DNA from: an uncultured bacterium
Lineage (GTDB): Bacteria; Cyanobacteriota; Vampirovibrionia; LMEP-6097
Direction of reading: 5' to 3'
Length of the DNA stretch: 48,087 nt
Assembly: GCA_903930015.1 (NCBI GenBank)
Contig: CAIYXB010000083.1
Location: 1-48,087 of the forward strand
How positions within the stretch are numbered: position 1 is the first letter of the stretch; each line of letters begins with the position of its first letter. Shown here piece after piece: positions 37,663 through 45,879 of this stretch. A program made the position numbers and the translations under genes. The notes under the pieces were generated by a model. The model had not been told where the DNA came from, did not search any database, and worked only from the letters and a program-made list of their open reading frames with translations.

Positions 37663-38461
37663 CAAACTATTTTTGATTGGCGCAGGTCCCGGTGACCCTG
37701 AACTACTGACACTAAAAGCATTAAGGTTATTGAATTTCGTCGATGTAGTTTTTTTTGACAATCTTGTTGATAGAAGAATACTAAATTATATTGACAACCC
37801 AGAGGTTGAAACCATCTTTTCAGGAAAAGGGATAGGAGAATCATTCAAACAAGATAGTATAAATGTAAATATTCTTAAAGCCCTAAAAGCAGGAAAAAAT
37901 GTTGCTAGATTAAAAGGAGGAGATCCATTAATTTTTGCAAGAGGTATAGAAGAAGCTAGTATAGCTATTGATAATGGCTTTGAAGTTGAAATAGTGCCAG
38001 GCTTAACTACAGCTTTTAGCGCTGCCGCTATAAACAAAAAAACTCTTACCTTAAGAGATATGACTGATTCAATAACACTAGCAACTGGGCATGATTTAAA
38101 CTCTGAAAAATTTGAATTCTGGATACATGCTTTAAAAACCAATCAGGTTCTCATACTTTATATGGCACTTCGAAATATTGTAACTATAACGGATAAACTA
38201 AAAGAAGAATTAGGTAAAGATTTCCCAATTTCAGCAATTTACAAAGCAAGCTTAATTGACCAAAAAATCATAGACTCTGATTTAGAAAATATTGCTCAAG
38301 AACTAATAAATCAGAAATTTGAATCTCCTGTAATATTTTACTTAGGTAAAAACATAAACTACTTACTTAAAAACAAAAAAAAATCCATTCTACAAGAACA
38401 GATCTCAAAACAAAAATATACAAATTTAGTAAGTCAACAAAAGCAAAGTAATCAACAATGA
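37652..38461 (+). CDS. cobA: Uroporphyrinogen-III C-methyltransferase
   Basis: LIGAGPGDPELLTLKA and RLKGGDPLIF motifs. TTG start overlapping sirC by 11 nt. Confidence 0.85.
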   Translation: MLNNKLFLIGAGPGDPELLTLKALRLLNFVDVVFFDNLVDRRILNYIDNPEVETIFSGKGIGESFKQDSINVNILKALKAGKNVARLKGGDPLIFARGIEEASIAIDNGFEVEIVPGLTTAFSAAAINKKTLTLRDMTDSITLATGHDLNSEKFEFWIHALKTNQVLILYMALRNIVTITDKLKEELGKDFPISAIYKASLIDQKIIDSDLENIAQELINQKFESPVIFYLGKNINYLLKNKKKSILQEQISKQKYTNLVSQQKQSNQQ

Positions 38462-39501
38462 AAAAAAATAAATTAAAGCCTTTCTTTATTCTAGTGTGCA
38501 GTTCAACAGAATTAAGTAATGTTGAGGGTATTTCTGCGGCAGGTGCAAATCCAGAAGCTCAAAGACTTACTCCAAGCTTAGATGCTGAATTTATAGCTCT
38601 TGGTAAAACATTATCAGCAGAAACTTTACCTGTTTCACCAGAGGGAATTATCAGCCCTGCAATTATTAGTAAAGCTTGCCTAAACCTTCTTGATGCAAAG
38701 ATAGTAGTTATAAATGCTGGTTGCTTTCATCCGATAAAAGGTTTAGACCCTAAGCAGTATTTCAATCTTGGCTTAGAGCCATCAAAAAACTTTGCAATAG
38801 AAGATTCTTTTTCTTTTGATGAATGTGAGGCAATATTCTTAGACTCACTGGAACTATTCAATAAGTTAGATTTCAACGAAGAAGAACATGAATTAATCAT
38901 TGCTGAGTGTGTAGTAGGTGGAACAACTACCGCGCTTGGATTACTAGAACTACTTGGCTATGATGCTAAAGAGCTTATATCAAGCAGCTTTAAAGACAAC
39001 AATAAAAATCTTAAAGAAAAAATCATCAATGCATTAAAATTAAGAACAAAAGAACTTGATATGAGTGAGCTTGATAACCCTTTATATAAATGCGCTATCG
39101 CTGGAGATAAAGCACAAGTAGTTATTACAGGATTAGCACTTTCTGCCATGCAAAATGGAATCAATGTAAATCTTGCTGGCGGTACGCAAATGCTTGCAAT
39201 TTATGCACTCATAAAAACCTTAACGGAAGGCTTTTTCATGGAAGAACTAATTGATGTAACAACAAGCCCATGGTTAATTAGCGACTCAAGTTCAAATGCT
39301 CTTGAGCTAGCTAATCTGATTAATGAAGACTTAGAACTAAATTACTTAGAAGACCTAACTTCAATTGAAGAGAAACTGTCAAAAGAAATTAGTAAGTTCA
39401 CAGGATATCCTGGCTGGCAAGAAATCAAAGCCTTATACAATAAAGGTTATGTCAAAGAAGGTGTGGGGATGGGAGCTCTATTAAAATTATTAGAGTTCTA
39501 A
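38458..39501 (+). CDS. CobT-like phosphoribosyltransferase homologue (UPF0284 / TIGR00303-like)
   Basis: N-terminal VEGISAAGANPE...LDAEFI and central AECVVGGTTTALGLL motifs. ATGA overlap with cobA. Confidence 0.65.
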   Translation: MKKNKLKPFFILVCSSTELSNVEGISAAGANPEAQRLTPSLDAEFIALGKTLSAETLPVSPEGIISPAIISKACLNLLDAKIVVINAGCFHPIKGLDPKQYFNLGLEPSKNFAIEDSFSFDECEAIFLDSLELFNKLDFNEEEHELIIAECVVGGTTTALGLLELLGYDAKELISSSFKDNNKNLKEKIINALKLRTKELDMSELDNPLYKCAIAGDKAQVVITGLALSAMQNGINVNLAGGTQMLAIYALIKTLTEGFFMEELIDVTTSPWLISDSSSNALELANLINEDLELNYLEDLTSIEEKLSKEISKFTGYPGWQEIKALYNKGYVKEGVGMGALLKLLEF

Positions 39502-39514
39502 TATCATAATCCAG

Positions 39515-39585
39515 AAAAGTTTTCTCCAAATTGGCAACGCCAATCCGATATGCTTCAGGGTGTTGCCAATTTTCCGAAAACTTTT
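39515..39585 (+). repeat. Family-2 element, copy D: 71-nt internally deleted form
   Basis: aaaagttttctccaaattggcaac | gccaatccgatatgcttcagggt | gttgccaattttccgaaaactttt. It fills the gap between the convergent cobT-like gene and trpC. Confidence 0.85.
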
Positions 39586-39599
39586 CTAATTTTAGGATA

Positions 39600-40409
39600 C
39601 TAAAAAATAAGCTTTTTAACTGCCTCTTCTAAATCATCCTGGGTTATCAAAGATTCACCAACCAAGAAGCCCTTAACACCTATTTGCTCAAGGAGTGCAA
39701 TATCTTGCTTAGAGGAAATTCCAGATTCACTTACAATGGTCATTCCACCAAGATCATACTTGAACTTACTAATCATTTTTGAAGTAGTATCAAGCGAAAC
39801 TTCAAATGTATTGAGGTTTCTGTTATTAATACCTACTAAATCAAAACCTAAGCTTAAAACTCTTTCCATTTCTACATCATCATGCACTTCAACAAGAACA
39901 TCCATTCCATAATCCTCAATCAAAAATTTAAAAGCTTCTAGTTTTTTATTATCGAGGATAGCTGCAATCAAAAGCACTGCATCTGCACCTGAAATTCTAG
40001 CTTGAGCTATTTGCCTCTCATCAATAATAAAATCCTTACACAGACAGGGAATATCGTATTCAGAAGAAACAAGTATTAAGTTCTCAAAACTACCTTTAAA
40101 AAAATGGCTGTCAGTAAGGACACTAAAGCAATGCGCACCACCTTGTCGATACTGTTTAGCGATTTCTAATACATCAAAATCTTCACGAAAAACACCTTTT
40201 GAAGGACTAGCTTTTTTAAGTTCTGCAATAATAGCAGGACCATTAGCTTCTCTGATTTTATTTGCAAAACCTTTTGTAACAGGCAAAGACTCTGCTTGAA
40301 TTAAATCATCAAGTCTATCTTGTAAACTTTCAAAGCTATCAAAACTTTCTAAGTCGATTAATTTTTGCGCAACAATTTTATCTAGAATTGAAGACATTTT
40401 AAGCAACAA
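39600..40409 (-). CDS. trpC: Indole-3-glycerol phosphate synthase
   Basis: IAELKKASPSKG, CLCKDFIID and VLLIAAIL motifs. The start overlaps the cysN stop by 11 nt. Confidence 0.9.
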   Translation of the reverse strand: MLLKMSSILDKIVAQKLIDLESFDSFESLQDRLDDLIQAESLPVTKGFANKIREANGPAIIAELKKASPSKGVFREDFDVLEIAKQYRQGGAHCFSVLTDSHFFKGSFENLILVSSEYDIPCLCKDFIIDERQIAQARISGADAVLLIAAILDNKKLEAFKFLIEDYGMDVLVEVHDDVEMERVLSLGFDLVGINNRNLNTFEVSLDTTSKMISKFKYDLGGMTIVSESGISSKQDIALLEQIGVKGFLVGESLITQDDLEEAVKKLIF

Positions 40410-41703
40410 CCTCAGTAATCATACCTGCTGCAACAGTATTATTACTAATCTCATCAATTAATATAAAACTTCCTGTTATTCTATTTTCGCTATATAAATC
40501 AGCGATAATTGGTTTTAACAATTTAAAACTCACATTAGCTATATCATTTAAGCCTAATTCAACAGCAGAAGCTTTTTCGTAGGTATTAATATCCAATCTA
40601 TAATCAATCCCTGTTGCCATAGCCTTTACTAGATTCGAAGTGTGCTTTATGAGGTATTTTTTTTGTATCTTAAATAGATCTTCTGACATCCAGCAAAGAT
40701 TAGCTTTAAATTCCTTTACAATACTTGCTTCCTCTCCTAGTTTACACAATAAATCGCCACGACTAGTATCAATCTCATCTTCAAATACTAAGTTAATTGA
40801 CTCGCGCGCAATTGCAAACTCTTTGTTCTTATTAAAATCTGCAATCATTTTTACTTTTGATGACATCTTAGATGGCAAAGAGATAACTTCATCACCAACC
40901 TTAATCGAACCACTTGAAACTAGTCCAGCAAAGCCACGAAAGTCCTTGTGTACATCATTATCAGCACGTATAACATATTGAACAGGCATTCTAAAAGGCT
41001 TTTTAGCAATATCTTGCTGCACATCAACACTTTCAAGAACATCAATAATCGTCGGCCCATTATACCAATCCATATTAAAGCTTTTATTAACGACGTTATC
41101 TCCACATAAAGCAGAGATAGGAATAAAATTAAAGTTCTTTTTATCAAGACTCAACTTATCTACTAATTGCATAAAATCATCTTGGATAGAATCAAAAACT
41201 TCTTTTGAGAAATCAACAAGATCCATTTTATTAACAGCAACTATAAAATTTGGTATGCCAAGTAAGCTTGATATCAAAGCATGACGACGAGATTGATCCA
41301 GAATACCTTTTCTTGCATCTAGTAAAATAATCGTCAAATGAGCAGTGGAAGCTCCAGTAACCATGTTTCGAGTATATTGAACATGACCAGGAGTATCAGC
41401 AATAATAAATTTGCGCCTTGGTGTATTAAAATACCTATAGGCAACATCGATCGTGATACCTTGCTCACGTTCAGCAGCAAGACCATCAGTAAGCAAAGAA
41501 AAATCTATTCCCTCAGCCCCTACATTACTTCTTTTTGAACTTGTCTTTTCAACAGCTTTTAATTGATCTTCAAAAATACTTTTTGAGTCATAAAGCATAC
41601 GACCAATTAAAGTAGACTTACCATCATCAACGCTACCAACAGTCGTGAAACGAAGTATATCAATATCTCTTTTTATATTTTTTTCTTGCTGAACTGTGGT
41701 CAT
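40399..41703 (-). CDS. cysN: Sulfate adenylyltransferase subunit 1 (GTPase), without a fused APS kinase domain
   Basis: G1 GSVDDGKST, G3 DTPGH, G4 NKMD. 434 aa. Confidence 0.9.
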   Translation of the reverse strand: MTTVQQEKNIKRDIDILRFTTVGSVDDGKSTLIGRMLYDSKSIFEDQLKAVEKTSSKRSNVGAEGIDFSLLTDGLAAEREQGITIDVAYRYFNTPRRKFIIADTPGHVQYTRNMVTGASTAHLTIILLDARKGILDQSRRHALISSLLGIPNFIVAVNKMDLVDFSKEVFDSIQDDFMQLVDKLSLDKKNFNFIPISALCGDNVVNKSFNMDWYNGPTIIDVLESVDVQQDIAKKPFRMPVQYVIRADNDVHKDFRGFAGLVSSGSIKVGDEVISLPSKMSSKVKMIADFNKNKEFAIARESINLVFEDEIDTSRGDLLCKLGEEASIVKEFKANLCWMSEDLFKIQKKYLIKHTSNLVKAMATGIDYRLDINTYEKASAVELGLNDIANVSFKLLKPIIADLYSENRITGSFILIDEISNNTVAAGMITEVVA

Positions 41704-41704
41704 T

Positions 41705-42631
41705 TTAAAAATATCCTTCTTTTTTCTTGTCTTCCATTGAAGAATCAGAACCTAAGTCAATTACACGGTTCTCTCGTTCTGATTTTCTTGCTAATTTTGC
41801 TTCATTGATAATACCATCAATATCAGTTACATCGGACTCAACAGCACCAGTACAAGGCATACACCCTAAAGAACGAAATCTTGTTTTTCTAATTTCAACT
41901 TTTTCACCTTCACGTGGTGAGGTGTGCGGGCTTGATCTATCAATTGGTATTATAATTCCATTACGAATTACTACTTCTCTATCTTGAGCATAATAAATCG
42001 GAACTATAGGTATATTTTCAATTTTGATATATTCCCAAATATCAATCTCTGTCCAGTTTGATAAAGGAAAGACTCTGATAGACTCACCTTCATTTATTTT
42101 TGAATTATACAAATTCCATAGCTCTGGTCTTTGATTTTTTGGATCCCACTGACCAAATTCATCACGAATTGAATAAACTCTTTCTTTTGCACGTGATTTT
42201 TCTTCTTCTCTTCTAGCACCACCAAATGCAGCATCAAAAGCACCTTCGGCAAGTGCTGATAAAAGTCCACCTGTTTTTAGTGCCGCACAACATTTATCAG
42301 TTCCATACTTAAAAGGATTCATATCATTAGCAATAGCTTCTTCGTTCCTTTGCACTCTTAGCTCAACGCCGAGTTCTTTACAAAATTCATCTCTAAACTC
42401 ATACATTTCAGGAAATTTGTAACCAGTGTCTACATGCTGAAAAGGGAAAGGTATTTTTGCAGGGAAAAAGGCTTTTCTAGCAAGATGCACCATAACACTC
42501 GAATCTTTACCAACCGAGTAAAGCATTACAGGATTTTTAAATTCTGAAGCAACTTCACGAATTATATGAATACTTTCAGCCTCTAATTGCCTTAAGTGAT
42601 CGAGTTTAGTTTTTTCTAATAAGTTGGACAT
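41705..42631 (-). CDS. cysD: Sulfate adenylyltransferase subunit 2
   Basis: [19 protein letters not shown]-terminus, PP-loop-like YSVGKDSSV, typical CysD length. 1-nt gap to cysN. Confidence 0.9.
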   Translation of the reverse strand: MSNLLEKTKLDHLRQLEAESIHIIREVASEFKNPVMLYSVGKDSSVMVHLARKAFFPAKIPFPFQHVDTGYKFPEMYEFRDEFCKELGVELRVQRNEEAIANDMNPFKYGTDKCCAALKTGGLLSALAEGAFDAAFGGARREEEKSRAKERVYSIRDEFGQWDPKNQRPELWNLYNSKINEGESIRVFPLSNWTEIDIWEYIKIENIPIVPIYYAQDREVVIRNGIIIPIDRSSPHTSPREGEKVEIRKTRFRSLGCMPCTGAVESDVTDIDGIINEAKLARKSERENRVIDLGSDSSMEDKKKEGYF

Positions 42632-42645
42632 TTAGGTATCTCTAA

Positions 42646-42993
42646 TTATGAGATTTTAACATTTAGACAATTCGCAAAGTCGCCTTTCTCAAAAAACCTA
42701 ATTATTTCTTGATATACGCATTCAATATTAACTCCTAGAATATTCTCATTAGCTTTGCTAATGTTGATCCTAGCCCTCTCCAAGACCTTTTTTGCCCCAA
42801 TTATCCTGTTTTCTTGAATAAGATGCAATGCTACAGAGATTTGAATTAGGGCTTGCATCTGGGTGAATTCTTGTGAATCAGGTCTATTTAGGCGTAATTC
42901 CTGCCAAAATTCTTCCCAGATTTCATGAGCTTCAAAGAATTGTCCTAAATTAAAAGCTTGCAATCCTTTGTGAAATAATTCATTCTGGCTCAT
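42646..42993 (-). CDS. DUF309-like helical protein
   Basis: FNLGQFFEAHEIWEEFW matches the DUF309 signature. 14 nt upstream of cysD on the same strand. Confidence 0.55.
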   Translation of the reverse strand: MSQNELFHKGLQAFNLGQFFEAHEIWEEFWQELRLNRPDSQEFTQMQALIQISVALHLIQENRIIGAKKVLERARINISKANENILGVNIECVYQEIIRFFEKGDFANCLNVKIS

Positions 42994-43011
42994 TAAGATA
43001 CAATTTTAACA

Positions 43012-43461
43012 GTGCTTGATACTAAAAAAAACTATTTAATTTTTGATGCAGACTGCGGCTTCTGCCAAAGGAGTGTTGAAATCTTAAAAACCATCACTAA
43101 AGATTATATCGACTATGTACCGTCTTCTTCAATAGAAGATGGCTTTTATGGAATTGATAAAGCTTCGACAGATAGTTCAATAAAATTTTTTGAACATAAA
43201 GAAAAACAAATTGTCTTAAATGATTTTGAAAAAATACAAAGATATGATCATCATGATATACATGAAGATGCTGTTATTTACCATGGAGCATATGCGATCT
43301 TTAAAGCTCTTGCGTCAAATAATTTATTTAGACCAATACTATTTGCTTATGAATATTTACCATTCGTAAACGTAATCACTGAAGCTGTTTATAGAATTAT
43401 CGCAAGAAATAGAATGCTCATATCCAAAGCTATTGGTTCAGAAGCCTGCAAAATTAACTAG
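43012..43461 (+). CDS. DCC-family (DUF393) thiol-disulfide oxidoreductase-like protein
   Basis: N-terminal FDADCGFCQ motif (DxxCxxC). GTG start. Confidence 0.6.
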   Translation: MLDTKKNYLIFDADCGFCQRSVEILKTITKDYIDYVPSSSIEDGFYGIDKASTDSSIKFFEHKEKQIVLNDFEKIQRYDHHDIHEDAVIYHGAYAIFKALASNNLFRPILFAYEYLPFVNVITEAVYRIIARNRMLISKAIGSEACKIN

Positions 43462-43465
43462 GCAT

Positions 43466-44092
43466 ATGTTTTACTCAAAAGAAACTAAAGAACTAACTAC
43501 TCAAGAAATTTATTTCTTATTAATAGGAGGCATTGCCCCAAGACCAATCGCTTGGGTTTCAAGCATTGATAAGAATGGCAATACTAACCTTGCACCATAC
43601 TCTTTTTTTAATGCCTTTAGCTCAAACCCTCCAGTAGTAATTTTCTCACCTGCAATTAGTCCTGATCCAAATAGACCATTTAAAGACACTTACTTGAATT
43701 TGATGGAGACAAAAGAATGTGTAGTTAATTTAGTTAGCTACGAACTAAAAGATCAAATGAATCTCAGCTCACAGTCTTTACCACATGAACTTAGTGAGTT
43801 TGACCAGGCTCAAGTTGAAACCATCGCTTCAGATTTAGTAAAAGCTCCCAGAGTAAAAAACTCTCCATTTCAAATGGAATGCAGACTTATGGAGATGAAG
43901 CAACTTGGTGATAAACCCGGAGCTGGTAATTTAGCAATTTGTGAAATACTGAAATTCCATATAGACGAAAATGTTTTCAGAGAAGGTAGTCAAAGAATTG
44001 ATCCTCAGAAAATTGATCTTATTGGAAGAAACGGTGAACACTTTTATACCAGAGCTTCTGGTGAGGCTATTTTTGAATTAAAAAGACCTTAA
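43466..44092 (+). CDS. Flavin reductase-like (FMN-binding split-barrel) protein
   Basis: IAPRPIAWVSSIDKNGNTNLAPYSFFN pattern. The ORF opens at 43433. I prefer the ATG at 43466. Confidence 0.75.
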   Translation: MFYSKETKELTTQEIYFLLIGGIAPRPIAWVSSIDKNGNTNLAPYSFFNAFSSNPPVVIFSPAISPDPNRPFKDTYLNLMETKECVVNLVSYELKDQMNLSSQSLPHELSEFDQAQVETIASDLVKAPRVKNSPFQMECRLMEMKQLGDKPGAGNLAICEILKFHIDENVFREGSQRIDPQKIDLIGRNGEHFYTRASGEAIFELKRP

Positions 44093-44100
44093 GTCTATCT

Positions 44101-45807
44101 TTATACTTCGTTTCTCATTTGAGCTATATCCAACAAAGCGTATCTTAATTTTCTATTCAATAAATAATCTTTTAAAAAGAAGTTTCCTCTAGCATCATAA
44201 ATTTTTTGCTTCATAAATCGATCATAAGGATTTAAATAGCTCAGTGATCTTAGTGTTTGAGGATCATACAAATCTAAGAGGGCAAGGTAATGTGTTATTC
44301 CATTATTTATAGCCAAATCAAGGAATTCTTCTTTTGATTGAGCAAAAGTCATTTGTATAGCAACCAAGTTACGACGCCTAATTTCATCAAGTGTTGACTT
44401 GGTATAAGATAGACTTCTTTCATAATCAATAAACACATTCCGTTTTGCAAAAATTGATAGTGAATTAATATCAGGAAGCATAGGGAAGCCTGCGATCATG
44501 CTGTTTTCTGGTAAGGTTGATACTAGCTTAGCAATAGCTGGATTTACACCAATAAACCTTGTGTGAATCGCCTTCTGAAAGAGAATAATCATAGATACAC
44601 TCAGAGACACTATCAGTACATTTTTTAGAATCATTGAATCAACTTTGATTTTCATATCATTAAGCTCAGAACCTAAATATATAAAAAACTCTGAACATAT
44701 TTTAAAAATAGTGAAACATGAAAGAAGCAACAAAGGTATGGCTAAATATCTACTTGGCATATATAAAGTAGGGAAGGTGATTTGAGCCAAAATATTTAAA
44801 ATTATTGAAGTATAAAACAGAATAAAAGCAGGAGCTAATAATATTTTCTTTTCAAAGTTCTTCTTTATAAAAGTTTTAACGATCAAGTAGCCAACTATTA
44901 GAACTAGAGTAATAATAAAAATTTTACTTATCATTAAGTAACCGATTCCAATACCCCAATGTTCACTCATCCACCATGAATAACCAAAATTATCCCAAAG
45001 ATTTTGACCAAAAACTGGATGCCTTCCACCTGGGTTAAACTCTGCCAGTGACTTCATTTCAGAAACAGTTAAAACCTTACCAGTACCAGTATAGCTAACA
45101 CCTCCTCTCATTAAAAAATGATAACCAATTGTAATAAAAGCATTTACAAAAAGGAAAGTTATTGTTGTCTTATATTTTTCAAAATACTTTACTAATTTAA
45201 ATTTCAAGTCAACAAATACAGTCAAAAATTCTGCAAAAAAAATCAATAGAAAGGCACATGGATTAAAGAATAGAGAGAGTCCACAAAGTAAACCTGAAGC
45301 TGAATCAGATTTTTTATACTTGAGGTACAGATATAAGAACAAAATCAACCAAATACTTGATCTTATGTGCGCTGCCGAAAGGTGGTCTGTTGTCCAAACC
45401 ATAAATGAAATAAAAACTCCAAAAACAAAGCTTTCAAAATTTTTGCCACCAGATTCTTGGTTGTAAAAGAGATAAGCAGACGTGGAAGTTAAAACAGCTA
45501 AAACTAAGGCATAGTATTTTGAAAATGAAATTAAATTATCTGTAAACAAAGGAGCCATCTTAAAAATTATTAAGTAGAGTGGAGCTAGATTAAAGGCGTC
45601 CTTATAATTATTTGTAAATAAATCATTTGTAAAGATATTGCTATCCCAGAAATTCCAGAACCAAAAATTTGTTTGTCTAAAATCATCTTGCACTATAAAG
45701 TCATTACTTAAGCTATCGCCTAAAATTCGCAGAGAAACAATCAGGGAAAATATCACGGTGAGTGCTAGAAAAACCAAAAAACGCAGATTGTGTTTAAAAA
45801 ATGTCAT
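44101..45807 (-). CDS. Large polytopic membrane protein, possibly a GT-C-fold glycosyltransferase
   Basis: 568 aa, at least 10 predicted TM helices over ~400 aa, then a soluble C-terminal domain. The function is inferred only from topology and from its asnB and membrane-protein neighbours. Confidence 0.6.
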   Translation of the reverse strand: MTFFKHNLRFLVFLALTVIFSLIVSLRILGDSLSNDFIVQDDFRQTNFWFWNFWDSNIFTNDLFTNNYKDAFNLAPLYLIIFKMAPLFTDNLISFSKYYALVLAVLTSTSAYLFYNQESGGKNFESFVFGVFISFMVWTTDHLSAAHIRSSIWLILFLYLYLKYKKSDSASGLLCGLSLFFNPCAFLLIFFAEFLTVFVDLKFKLVKYFEKYKTTITFLFVNAFITIGYHFLMRGGVSYTGTGKVLTVSEMKSLAEFNPGGRHPVFGQNLWDNFGYSWWMSEHWGIGIGYLMISKIFIITLVLIVGYLIVKTFIKKNFEKKILLAPAFILFYTSIILNILAQITFPTLYMPSRYLAIPLLLLSCFTIFKICSEFFIYLGSELNDMKIKVDSMILKNVLIVSLSVSMIILFQKAIHTRFIGVNPAIAKLVSTLPENSMIAGFPMLPDINSLSIFAKRNVFIDYERSLSYTKSTLDEIRRRNLVAIQMTFAQSKEEFLDLAINNGITHYLALLDLYDPQTLRSLSYLNPYDRFMKQKIYDARGNFFLKDYLLNRKLRYALLDIAQMRNEV

Positions 45808-45879
45808 GTAAAAACCCTATAAATTTGTAACTTATATATAATATATGTGTATTTAAAAACTATAAAGTATTTTTAGAAA

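Noticed and set aside
12730-39585. Family-2 repeats as a CRISPR array or CRISPR remnant
   Set aside because: The copies are 8-10 kb apart and separated by genes, not by short spacers. They are 142 nt long and internally palindromic across their whole length. No cas genes are present.
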